A stretch of 64,000 bases of DNA from NCBI GenBank assembly GCA_963753975.1, contig CAVWEH010000005.1, positions 544,001-608,000 of the forward strand, given 5' to 3'. This stretch comes from an uncultured delta proteobacterium (GTDB lineage Bacteria > Desulfobacterota > Syntrophia > Syntrophales > Smithellaceae). Below, piece after piece: positions 31,132 through 40,564 of this stretch (the first letter of the stretch is position 1; every line of letters starts with the position of its first letter). Under the pieces are notes generated by a model, which was given only the letters and a program-made list of their open reading frames with translations, had not been told where the DNA came from and did not search any database. Position numbers and translations under genes: made by a program.

Positions 31132-31473
31132 TTAGCTGGTGGCTGCCTCACCAACCAGCAAACTTGCCACGCCGCCACCGAAGATTTCAAATAAATGAAG
31201 GCACGTCTTGCTCCAGGCATCGAGAGCAGGGATGGTTGCAGACGAAATGGCAGACCAGATGCCCAGGCCGCCGATTAGAGCTAGTATCACCACCGCCACT
31301 GCCAGCCGGCCCCATGAAAACTTGGTCTTTGATGTTTGTTTTTCTACCTGCGCGGCCATTGCCGACGCCTGCTGATCTAAATTCTTTACTTTGTTCGGTT
31401 GGGTCTTGAGAGCTGTTTTTAGAGCGGACTTAAACGCCGGGGTACCGACTGTGGTCTTAAAAAATACTCCCAT
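31132..31473 (-). CDS. Hypothetical membrane protein
   Basis: Strong SD GGGAGG; two hydrophobic segments. Confidence 0.65.
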   Translation of the reverse strand: MGVFFKTTVGTPAFKSALKTALKTQPNKVKNLDQQASAMAAQVEKQTSKTKFSWGRLAVAVVILALIGGLGIWSAISSATIPALDAWSKTCLHLFEIFGGGVASLLVGEAATS

Positions 31474-31513
31474 AACTTACCTCCCTTTTTGCACGAGTTA
31501 TTTTATCTAATTA

Positions 31514-31663
31514 TCACGTTACTGAAAGTATAGGTAACGGTTCTATTTTATGTTCGCTGGCTTGATGAGTATTTTCTTTAACGAGAGATTTAATTTCAGC
31601 AAAGACAAAAACCGCTGAAATTATAAGGATCAAACAAACAGAATAAGCTAAATATTTTTTCAT
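31514..31663 (-). CDS. 49-aa ORF with signal-peptide-like N-terminus (possibly a gene remnant)
   Basis: MKKYLAYSVCLILIISAVFVFAE...; below the ORF track cutoff; SD GAGG. Confidence 0.35.
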   Translation of the reverse strand: MKKYLAYSVCLILIISAVFVFAEIKSLVKENTHQASEHKIEPLPILSVT

Positions 31664-31910
31664 AATCAGCCTCTGTAGTTTTTGTAAATATAAAAGAAAA
31701 CGTATCCAGTGTCAAGGGAATGAAAAAGATAATTTCTATAGTTAAATTAAATGTTTTGCGGCTGTGTTTTCTGCACATACATCCACTTGACACACAAAAC
31801 CCTTGTTCATATACTCTTTATGCATGGACACATGAACAACAGGCTCTCAAAAATGAGCAATGAACTTAGTTATCTTTAATATTATAAGAATTAATAATAA
31901 GGATTGGTGA

Positions 31911-33242
31911 TTGATGGGAAAAGTGCTCTTGCTTTTGTTTCTAATCTTGTTTGCCGGCAGGTTTACCTGGCGTTATGTTTTACAGCACATCAATATCCGG
32001 TATTTGAAACACCGGGGTAAAGAAATCCCGCAAGTTTTTCAAGGAATTATTGATCAAAACACGCTTTCCAAAATAGTGGACTATACTGTCGAAAATTCCC
32101 GGTTGGCAGCGAAAGAAAATATGGTTGATGATATCGTTGAATTAACGATATTATTTCTTTTTTTACCTGCTTTTGTTGGTGCGCTTACGGGATTGAAAAT
32201 TAATTTTATCGTGCAGGCTCTTATATTTTTCGGAGTTCTTGCGGCAATCGGCGGTATTATCGGAATACCCTTTGATCTCTACGACAATTTCGTTCTAGAA
32301 AAAAAATACGGATTTTCGACAATCACCTGGCGTATCTGGATTACCGATTTAATAAAATCTTTGATTATTTCTGCAATTTTAATGACCATTATGGTCAGCG
32401 CATTGATGTCGTTTATCCACTACTTACCCACAAGCTGGTGGTTTTGGGCCTGGATATTTTTTACCTTATTGGAAATTGTCCTGCTCTGGCTTTATCCTGT
32501 ATTGATAGCGCCGCTTTTTAATAAGTATGAGCCGATAAAAGACGTACTGCTCCAAGAAAAGATCAACACTTTAATGGAAAAAGTGGGTCTCAAAACTAAA
32601 GGGATTTTTCAGGTGGACGAAGGCAAACGTTCCAAACATACGAACGCTTATTTCACGGGTATCGGCAAAACCAAACGCATTGTTTTATATGACACGCTTT
32701 TGGCTTCACACTCCACTGATGAAATATTAGCCGTTCTGGCGCATGAAATCGGTCACTGGAAAAAGAAGCATGTTTTAAAACAATTAATGTTTATGATTCC
32801 CGCCTCTCTTGTATTACTTTATGCTGTTTATCTGATTCTGGGTTGGCAGCCGCTATATACGGCTTTTAGTCTGCCAGTTACTGTATATGCCGGATTATTT
32901 TTAGTTTCGCTTTATTTGAGCTCTGCCGGATTTTTTTTGAGCCCTATCGGCGCGGCTGTCATGCGCCGTTATGAGCGCGAAGCCGATCGCATAGCCTGCG
33001 ACTTGACGGGAACCTCCGCGCCCATGATCGACGCTCTCACGCGTTTGGCTAAAGACAACCTGGCTAATCTGCATCCCCATCCTTTATACGTCTGGTTTTA
33101 TTATTCGCATCCTCCTCTGGTCGAACGCATTGAATGTTTGCAGACAATGGACTATGAAAAGGTCAATCCCGCGACTTGGAATCCTCCGACTTCCGCCGGA
33201 GGAGAAAAGCATCGTGACCCGCGGGAGGGCGCGTTGTTTTAG
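31911..33242 (+). CDS. M48 (Ste24-like) membrane metallopeptidase
   Basis: NAYFTG, HEIGH, EREAD and YSHPP; the last ~27 aa are read from a repeat. Confidence 0.92.
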   Translation: MMGKVLLLLFLILFAGRFTWRYVLQHINIRYLKHRGKEIPQVFQGIIDQNTLSKIVDYTVENSRLAAKENMVDDIVELTILFLFLPAFVGALTGLKINFIVQALIFFGVLAAIGGIIGIPFDLYDNFVLEKKYGFSTITWRIWITDLIKSLIISAILMTIMVSALMSFIHYLPTSWWFWAWIFFTLLEIVLLWLYPVLIAPLFNKYEPIKDVLLQEKINTLMEKVGLKTKGIFQVDEGKRSKHTNAYFTGIGKTKRIVLYDTLLASHSTDEILAVLAHEIGHWKKKHVLKQLMFMIPASLVLLYAVYLILGWQPLYTAFSLPVTVYAGLFLVSLYLSSAGFFLSPIGAAVMRRYEREADRIACDLTGTSAPMIDALTRLAKDNLANLHPHPLYVWFYYSHPPLVERIECLQTMDYEKVNPATWNPPTSAGGEKHRDPREGALF

Positions 33243-33275
33243 GGAGCCTCCGGCTCCTGCCGCAGGGAGCTCCAC
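33166..33275 (-). repeat. Palindromic repeat, family C, inserted at the 3' end of the M48 gene
   Basis: Reverse complement GTGGAGCTCCC..GGAGCCGGAGGCTC..AACGCG..TCCCGCG matches 52395-52450. Confidence 0.7.
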
Positions 33276-33293
33276 TAAGCTGGAGATTTAAAT

Positions 33294-33782
33294 ATGCCCA
33301 TCTATGAGTTTTATTGTGCTCGCTGTAATACAATTTATAGTTTCTTTTCCCCAGCGGTGAATACCGGCAAAATTCCCATATGCCCAAAATGCAAGAACGT
33401 TCGGCTGACCCGCCAGATGTCCGTGTTTGCAAAAATCTCCGGCGGCGAAAAAGCGGAAGATAATCATCCTTTTCTCGGCAGGAATGAGAAGAAAATAGAA
33501 AAGGAACTGGTTAAATTCGCCAACCTTGCCGAAAAAGTCAAAGATGATGATTCTCGCGCGGCAGCGCAATTGATGCGCAAATTTGCCGAGACGACCGGCA
33601 TGAAGCTAGGGGATAATTTTCAGGAAGCGCTTGAAAGAATCGAACAAGGTGAATATCCCGAAAAAGTCGAAGACGAGCTGGGGGATATACTTATGGAAGA
33701 GGGATCTTTGACCGAAAAGCAGGCGGCAAAAACGGCCACAAAAAGTAAACCAGAAATAGATGAAACTTTGTATGAGCTTTAG
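33294..33782 (+). CDS. FmdB-family zinc-ribbon protein
   Basis: MPIYEFYCxxC...CPKC. Confidence 0.85.
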   Translation: MPIYEFYCARCNTIYSFFSPAVNTGKIPICPKCKNVRLTRQMSVFAKISGGEKAEDNHPFLGRNEKKIEKELVKFANLAEKVKDDDSRAAAQLMRKFAETTGMKLGDNFQEALERIEQGEYPEKVEDELGDILMEEGSLTEKQAAKTATKSKPEIDETLYEL

Positions 33783-33837
33783 TTTTATACCTTAAAATAT
33801 CCTAATCGAAACTCTTCGTGAAGTGATGGAGCATATT

Positions 33838-34080
33838 ATGAAAGTTTTTGATGAAGGAATAATTAAAGGAGTATCTCTCACAAATCGCTTTGTGCGTTCG
33901 GCAACATGGGAAGAATTGGCGATAGACAAGAGTTTTTGTTCGCCGGAACTTATCACCTGCTGGAAGTCAGGAGATAAAAGAGCGTCAAGCTGTATATCGG
34001 ACAATCTTTGTTACCGGCCGATTAGAGAAGGCAAGCGTGTTTATTGTTTGACCAAGAAAAGAGAAACAGTGAAAAAATAA
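33838..34080 (+). pseudogene. NADH:flavin oxidoreductase (OYE) remnant with a large internal deletion
   Basis: N-terminal NRFVRSATWE joined almost directly to a C-terminal-type WKSGD...CISDNLC...YC segment. Confidence 0.7.
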
Positions 34081-34243
34081 TGCATCATGAAAACGTATTT
34101 TTTACGAAGACCAATGAATGACCGTGGCGTATGCAGAGCTCAACGATTCAAGACGACCTTTTTATCTCTACGAATTTTAAATTATTTGTGGCATTCTTTG
34201 GAGAATATGATATGAATAACAGTATTTATTTCAAGGAATTATT

Positions 34244-34717
34244 ATGGCTGACAGGTCAAAACTAGGGATGGAATTTCCCGCCTACACACTGACGGTGGAA
34301 AAAAGTAAAATTGCCGAGTTTGCCGTTGCCGTAGGTCTTAAAGATGACAAAGCGCAAATCAATCCCATTTACTACGATGAAGAAGCCGCAAAAAAAGCAG
34401 GCTACCAAGGAATACCGGTGCCGCCGACTTTTATGACCAGCTTCTTTTTTTGGACTGGTGAAGGTTTGATGGGCATAGTTAAAGCCCTGGGCATTGATTT
34501 AGGTAAGCTTTTGCACAGTGAAGAAGAGTACGAATATCTCGGTAATATTTATGAGGGCGATGTCATTACCCGCAAAATGAAAGTGGTGGATATGTTCGAA
34601 AGGGGAAAAAGAGACAGGCTGGGCAGGTTTGTGGATGTTACCGTACTGGAAACGGTAATTACAAATCAGCGGGGCGAATTGGTGGCTAAGGTCCGTTCAA
34701 CAATGATGGAAAGATAG
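34244..34717 (+). CDS. MaoC-like dehydratase, N-terminal-type subunit (HadA-like)
   Basis: KIAEFA, NPIYYD, PPTF and LLHSEEEY. Confidence 0.85.
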   Translation: MADRSKLGMEFPAYTLTVEKSKIAEFAVAVGLKDDKAQINPIYYDEEAAKKAGYQGIPVPPTFMTSFFFWTGEGLMGIVKALGIDLGKLLHSEEEYEYLGNIYEGDVITRKMKVVDMFERGKRDRLGRFVDVTVLETVITNQRGELVAKVRSTMMER

Positions 34718-34727
34718 GAAAACAACT

Positions 34728-35177
34728 ATGGCCGCTACATACGACGATGTCAAAGTTGGCGATACCATTCCCGCTTACACTTCCGTTCCCATTACCAGGA
34801 CACATTTGATTCGTTATGCAGGAGCTTCCGGTGATTTTAATCCGCTGCATCACGATGAATCCTTTATCAAAATGATCGGACTGGATAATGTTATCGCCCA
34901 TGGTATGCTGATTATGGGTATTGCCGGTGAAGCCATCACTTCCTGGATTGATCAAAGAAATTTGCGTTCATTCAATGCCCGTTTCCTGAGCATGACGGAA
35001 CCGGCCGATTTGAATGATATGGAACATACGACAGATAGAGCGACAATCACGGTCAGCGGCAAGATAGTCAAAAAATATGAAGAAAACGGCGAAAAAAGAA
35101 TTAAGTGCAATATTGTTGCCAAAGATGCATTGGGCAGCAGAAAGCTAGCCGGATTTTTTATTGCGGCCCTGCCTTAA
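34728..35177 (+). CDS. MaoC-like (R)-hydratase catalytic subunit (HadB-like)
   Basis: YAGASGDFNPLHHD and IAHGM. Confidence 0.88.
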   Translation: MAATYDDVKVGDTIPAYTSVPITRTHLIRYAGASGDFNPLHHDESFIKMIGLDNVIAHGMLIMGIAGEAITSWIDQRNLRSFNARFLSMTEPADLNDMEHTTDRATITVSGKIVKKYEENGEKRIKCNIVAKDALGSRKLAGFFIAALP

Positions 35178-35315
35178 TAATCCTCCCGCTATTTATATAG
35201 CCGTTCCTATTATGCCCTAAAAGGGCATTCTTGATATTTATTCCCGGTATTAGATTTTCATTGACGAATTCCCTGCATTAAAGCTAAAACCTAAATAATC
35301 TTATAAGGTAATTTT

Positions 35316-36689
35316 ATGAAAGCCCGTATTTTAGTAATTGATGATGACGCCGTCGCCTGTGAGTTTCTGCAGGAAGCTCTTTCGCTTGATGGTTATGAAG
35401 TAAAAGCCTATACATCCGCCCAGGAAGCCTTGAAGCAGGATCTTTCCCGGTATGATCTGCTTATGTCTGATATTCGCATGCCCGAAATGGACGGTTTGCA
35501 GTTCTTGAGTCAAGTGCACAAAAAATGGCCGAATTTGCCGGTTATTCTTATGACGGCCTATGGATCTCTGGAAACCACAATGGAAGCAATAAGTCTGGGT
35601 GCCTGGGATTATATCAGCAAACCATTTTCTCCGGATGATTGCCGGGCTATTGTGAAAAAGGTTCTGGAAGTAAGGGAATTGCGGGAACGGCGCTTGAAAT
35701 TGGATTTGCCGGAAGCAAGCGAGGAACCGAAATTAATCGGTTCGTCCGCGGCAATGGTGGAATTTTATAAACAGATTGCCCGTGTCGCGGATGCACCGGC
35801 CAGTGTTTTAATTGAAGGTGAAAGCGGAACGGGCAAAGAATTAACCGCCCGGTCTTTGCATAATATGTCATCGCGCCGCGATAAACAGTTTGTTGTCGTC
35901 CATTGCGGAGCTATTCCCGATAATTTACTGGAATCAGAGCTTTTCGGCTATGAAAAAGGATCGTTTACCGGAGCTGATCATCAGCATGTAGGATTATTGG
36001 AATCGGCGCAGGGCGGAACAATTTTTCTCGATGAAATCACGGAAATGTCCACAGCTCTGCAAGGAAAGTTTTTGCGGTTTCATGCAGGACGGCGAAGTCA
36101 GAAGAATCGGCGGTCACGAGGTGCGCCATGCTGCTGTTCGCGTAGTGGCGGCAGCTAATAAAAATATTGACGAAGAAGTACGCCTCGGCCATTTTCGCCT
36201 GGATTTGTTATGTACCGGTTTATTGTGCGTTTGCGTATTCCGCCTTTGCGGGAGCATACGGAAGATATTCCTTTGCTTATTGAATCAATGTTGAAGAAAT
36301 TCGGTTATCCCTAATGTGCGTATTTCTGTGGAGGCTATGGAATTACTTGATGGCGTATAACTGGCCGGGCAATGTGCGGGAAATGGAAAATGTTTTGCAG
36401 CAAACACTTCTTCTTTCACCTTTTGTGGTGATCTTACCGGAAAATTTGCCGGAGCGTTTTCCACAACAAAAAGAAAATAAAGAGGAAGTTGATTCTGCTC
36501 GATATTTCACCGCTGGAAACTGCGGAAAGGGATAAAATTCTGCAAACACTGAAATCGACTTCCTGGAATCAATCCAAAACAGCGCAACTTCTGGGTATTG
36601 ACCGCAAAACATTGCGTCTGAAAATTCGCCGTTATGGCTTATTAGACGAAAAAATTTCTCCCGGTAGAAAGTCTTCTGCCAAACATTAA
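35316..36689 (+). CDS. Sigma54-dependent response regulator, broken by several frameshifts (error or pseudogene)
   Basis: [11 protein letters not shown] and GSFTGA in the first [11 protein letters not shown] and HTH in downstream frames. Confidence 0.8.
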
Positions 36690-36742
36690 AATCCGCGGAA
36701 ATCCGATTGTACTCCGGACGATAGACTATCCCTTTACGCTTT

Positions 36743-38293
36743 TTACATATTAAGATCTTTATCTTTGTATATGGGCAGGTAAAGAATAATTGCCGTTCCC
36801 CGATTCAACGCACTTCTCATTTCCATTTTGCCGCCGTGGGCTTTAATAATATCGTTCACGATCGCCAGGCCCAGACCACGCAAACTGCCGTCCTGTCTTG
36901 TGCTAAAGAATGGTTCGCGAGCCTTTTCCATCGTTTCCTGCGGCATTCCGGTGCCCGTATCATTTATTGTCATGGCCACAAAACCATTTTGAGAATCATT
37001 TTGGGCGGATATAGTTATTTTTCCTCCTTGAGGCATTGCTTCCAGGGCATTTTGAATGATATTCATCAGAGCGGTTTGAATACGGTAACGGTCTACATAC
37101 ACGGGTTGGACTACATTATCTACATGCACGCTTATTTCCGCATTATTTTTTTTCACGAGGGGTTCGACGAGGGGAACTGTATCACTTAGAATTTGCTGAA
37201 CGGTAAGCACTTCAAAATGAGGGTCGGGAAGACGTGTGGCCTTGCGGATATTTTGAATAACGTCATCGAGTCTCTGAGTTTGCTGAACGATCAGTTTTAA
37301 TTTATGGGCGATGTCCGCCGGGCAGCCTTCTTTTTCCAGCAGAAGCTTTGCCAACCCTCCGATGGAATGTATCGGTGTTCCTAAATCGTGAGCAAGATTT
37401 GCGGTTAAATGGCCTAAAGCGGTTAATTGCTGTAAGACATCCACTTGTTTTTGTAATTGAACCACTTTACCCGTTTCTTCACGAACCCGATCTTCCAGGT
37501 GCCTCGTTAAATCGAGATTTCTGGCCATCACTTGCTGAATTTCATTAGCCATGGTGTTGAAGTGTTCGGCCAGTTGCCCCCATTCATCCCGGCGCATCAT
37601 GGGAATGCGCTTTACATATTGTCCTTTTTGGAAATCATCGATTGTCTGAATAATTAACGACATTGGTCTGTCGATAATCCAGCCGTAACTTAATCCCAGT
37701 ACCAACAGGATGAACAGTAGTAATCCGGCTGTACTAACAAGCAGCAATTGTTGGGCGCGGTTCATAATTTCGACATTAGCTCGCGAAAAGCCGATGATAC
37801 CGACAACAATGTGCGAATCTTTTGTATCGCCTAAAACAGGATACAACAAACCGATGGTCGGACCACTTTCTGTAGAGATCTTGACATAACGCACCTTGCC
37901 TTTTGCGCTGGTGGCAGCAACAATATTATCCGGCCATTCATATTGAAGCCGGCTGGCGCCGGCCACGTAATCAACATTGCCGTGACTGGTGTCAAAGATA
38001 TCGATTCTTGCGAGGCGCACATCGGATTGAATGAAGTCTTTAAGAGCTGAATCAAGGGCCAACAGGCCCCGTTTTGTCGGGAAAAATTGATAAAAGGTGC
38101 TGATTGTGTCGGCTACGCCTTCCAGCCTTTTTGCCTGTTCGTCGACCAATATTCTATCCAGAGCGGTAAGCTGAATAAAGCCCCAAATGGCCATAGTTAA
38201 AGCAAGGCCGACAACCGTCAGGATGATCAATCTTAAGCGTACGGTAAGATTTTTATTATAAGCAATTATCCGATCGCATGTCTTTTTAAACAT
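36743..38293 (-). CDS. HAMP-domain sensor histidine kinase
   Basis: AHDLGTP, NALEAM and EPFFST..GLGL. Confidence 0.9.
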   Translation of the reverse strand: MFKKTCDRIIAYNKNLTVRLRLIILTVVGLALTMAIWGFIQLTALDRILVDEQAKRLEGVADTISTFYQFFPTKRGLLALDSALKDFIQSDVRLARIDIFDTSHGNVDYVAGASRLQYEWPDNIVAATSAKGKVRYVKISTESGPTIGLLYPVLGDTKDSHIVVGIIGFSRANVEIMNRAQQLLLVSTAGLLLFILLVLGLSYGWIIDRPMSLIIQTIDDFQKGQYVKRIPMMRRDEWGQLAEHFNTMANEIQQVMARNLDLTRHLEDRVREETGKVVQLQKQVDVLQQLTALGHLTANLAHDLGTPIHSIGGLAKLLLEKEGCPADIAHKLKLIVQQTQRLDDVIQNIRKATRLPDPHFEVLTVQQILSDTVPLVEPLVKKNNAEISVHVDNVVQPVYVDRYRIQTALMNIIQNALEAMPQGGKITISAQNDSQNGFVAMTINDTGTGMPQETMEKAREPFFSTRQDGSLRGLGLAIVNDIIKAHGGKMEMRSALNRGTAIILYLPIYKDKDLNM

Positions 38294-38343
38294 ATTGTGT
38301 GATATATATCAGAAAGATAAAAAATTAACTAGCGTTAGGCAAA

Positions 38344-38377
38344 AAAGAAGGGACAGGTTTTTACCTGTCCCTTCTTT
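38344..38377 (-). terminator. Intrinsic terminator
   Basis: AAAGAAGGGACAGG-TTTTTA-CCTGTCCCTTCTTT with U-tract on the minus strand. Confidence 0.85.
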
Positions 38378-38402
38378 CGGGTAAATAAAGTTCTTAATAA
38401 AC

Positions 38403-38647
38403 TTATTTTACAGCTGGAGCGCCTGGAGTACCTGCAGGAAGGTTTTCTTCTTTCTCTACCTTACCGGCTTTCTTCTCGGCCTTCATTTCCTTCTTTTCTT
38501 TCTTCATTTTCTTCATTTTCTTCATGCTTTCATTCTCTCCTTTTTCGCGGGTGCGGCTGTTCCAGCGGCCATCGGTTTTTCAGCTGCCATAGCTGTGGTG
38601 CAAAATGCGAAAACCAATGCAACAACAAACAATACTAAACGTTTCAT
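38403..38647 (-). CDS. Small secreted Lys/Ala-rich protein with one frameshift
   Basis: SD GGAGG; MKRLVLFVVALVFAFCTTAMAA..., continuing in another frame as MKKMKKMKKEKKE...PAVK*; span is 245 bp, one short of a whole codon count. Confidence 0.7.
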
Positions 38648-38730
38648 CTTAAATCCTCCTTCTTAAATTATGTTTTATTTAATACCACCCTTAAAAATTA
38701 AGGGACCTCAAATTAATCCGGATAAATACC

Positions 38731-39123
38731 TCAATACCCCGATTTGTTCGCCGACGTGGATTTCTCCCCGACCGGTTTAACTTCTTTTTTCTTCGAGTTG
38801 ACTTTTGCCACTCTGGCAGCGACTAATTTACCGCCTTGATTAATATAGGCTATTTTTACAGTATCGTTTACAGTAATATTTTCAGTTGGGTTCTCCAAGG
38901 CAAATTGCATTACTTCTGCATTGCCTCGTACTGTGCGTTCAATCTTAATAGAATCGTCGGAAATTTCGATAACTTTTCCCGTGGCGTTCATTTTGGCTGC
39001 TTTTACGGTATTTGTTCTTACCGCATCGGCCTTTATAGTTTCGGAAATTGTCTTATCGGCGGCAATAGCAAAAGCCGACAAAAGAAAGAACCCGCCAGCT
39101 ACATACCATAAGGCTTTTTTCAT
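38731..39123 (-). CDS. Secreted protein, possible OB-fold
   Basis: SD GGAGG, signal peptide and GKVIEISDDSIKI...V.DTVKIAY pattern. Confidence 0.7.
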   Translation of the reverse strand: MKKALWYVAGGFFLLSAFAIAADKTISETIKADAVRTNTVKAAKMNATGKVIEISDDSIKIERTVRGNAEVMQFALENPTENITVNDTVKIAYINQGGKLVAARVAKVNSKKKEVKPVGEKSTSANKSGY

Positions 39124-39160
39124 AATGAACAACCTCCGCAATATTTCACAATGGCTTAAC

Positions 39161-39177
39161 AGCAACTAACATGCCAA
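39161..39177 (-). promoter_or_regulatory. Sigma54 (-24/-12) promoter
   Basis: Minus strand TTGGCATGTTAGTTGCT. Confidence 0.8.
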
Positions 39178-39270
39178 GAAAGGGCTATAAGCTAATAATG
39201 TCTATATAGTTGAAATAATGGATAATATTTTCCTGGTGAAGAGTATGGTTGGAGTTGTGCAGTTAAGAAG

Positions 39271-39308
39271 TGAGGAATAACTCCCCAATAGTGGAGAATA
39301 ATTCTTCA
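39271..39308. promoter_or_regulatory. Tandem palindromic enhancer (UAS) sites
   Basis: TGAGGAATAACTCCCCA and TGGAGAATAATTCTTCA about 100 bp upstream of the sigma54 promoter. Confidence 0.6.
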
Positions 39309-39373
39309 AAATTATTAAAAATTATCCGAGTCGTTCTTGATTATAGGCATAATGTTTGAAAACCGTCTAGCCG

Positions 39374-40429
39374 TTAAGGAAGGCGCCGGTAAATCCAGCA
39401 ATGAAGATAAAAGAAAATAGCTTTTGCTCCGCCGATACTCAGCAGTTTCCGTGAAATCTTACGAACTTCTCTTTGCTGTGAGACTTTGTTATCGGAAAGA
39501 TAAATACTCAACAGACCTCGGTTAATCAAGCGGTGAAATTCAGGGTAAGGTAAACTGGCAATACTCTGCTGTGCTTGCCGGTAGAAATAAATTAGCCTTT
39601 TAGCCAGAAGTTCGCTATCCGGATAATAAAAACAAAAATTCAAATCATGACCTCGGCGATCTTCTTCCTGATCAATCAAATAATCCAAAAGAATATGCAG
39701 TCCCTGAACCCAGGGGAAGTAAGCTTGTTTGATTTTAGAAATAAGCTTAGAGGATGTATCGGGATTAAACAAAAGGGAAACAATGCCGAAAATTCCTAAG
39801 GTAGAACCGGCGCAAGCTGCGAATTCGTACCAGGTCATTTCGGGTAGCCGGCTTTTGTTTTGATCAAACCATGCCTGAAGCCTGGGCAGGCGCTCCTCGC
39901 TTTTTACATGCTTGTAGACTTGCAAATCACAATAGAAGCCGGCCAGTTCGAGTACGGTTGAGGCGGCAATTCTATAATTAGGTAAGTTTCGCAATATATC
40001 CCTACAGGTCTGCACCAACGCCGCCAGGTAGCCGCCGTCATCACGCTCCTGTCGGAACCGGTAATAAGATGATGACTTGGCATCCGGAGTCAGGGCTTGC
40101 AGCATAGCTTCATGCAAAGCGCGAAAATCGTCGGGATCGAGCGAGGTGCTTCGGTCACAAAGATTATCCAGATAATCGCTGATCGTTTGGTACGCAACAA
40201 TAAATTTAATGGCTTCTTTGTATCGGGCGCCCGCCAAAAGTCCGTAAATCGAACCTCCTTCACAGTGAAAGGTTTTAGTGGAAATACTTAGTTGCGCCTG
40301 ACGGCGTAATTCCGGATCCGGAATCCTTTGGGCAATATTTTTCCAGCCCTGTAGACACTGATGAGTGATGGGTCGAACCTGAAAAAATATTCGGGTTGTA
40401 AGAGTTATTAAATTCGTCGGTACTTGCAA
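39374..40429 (-). CDS. ytpB: Tetraprenyl-beta-curcumene synthase-like protein (YtpB/DUF2600)
   Basis: KTFHCEGG, YQTISDYLDNLCD, YCDLQVYKH, GSTLG and LHILLDYLIDQEED; TTG start after SD AAGGAG. Confidence 0.85.
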   Translation of the reverse strand: MQVPTNLITLTTRIFFQVRPITHQCLQGWKNIAQRIPDPELRRQAQLSISTKTFHCEGGSIYGLLAGARYKEAIKFIVAYQTISDYLDNLCDRSTSLDPDDFRALHEAMLQALTPDAKSSSYYRFRQERDDGGYLAALVQTCRDILRNLPNYRIAASTVLELAGFYCDLQVYKHVKSEERLPRLQAWFDQNKSRLPEMTWYEFAACAGSTLGIFGIVSLLFNPDTSSKLISKIKQAYFPWVQGLHILLDYLIDQEEDRRGHDLNFCFYYPDSELLAKRLIYFYRQAQQSIASLPYPEFHRLINRGLLSIYLSDNKVSQQREVRKISRKLLSIGGAKAIFFYLHCWIYRRLP

Positions 40430-40564
40430 AGTTAATCGCTCCTTTTTTTGCCTTCGAAAACACTCAAGCTTTAGCATAAGCTCGCTGATATAACAAGATA
40501 AGGCCGGTTCATTTCTATGATTGACCGGCTCAACTCTTTCGTGCTACGCAAATTTTAAAGGCGA

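Noticed and set aside
35316..36689. Programmed ribosomal frameshifting in the split genes
   Set aside because: Several shifts per gene and no consistent slippery site or structure; sequencing error is simpler.
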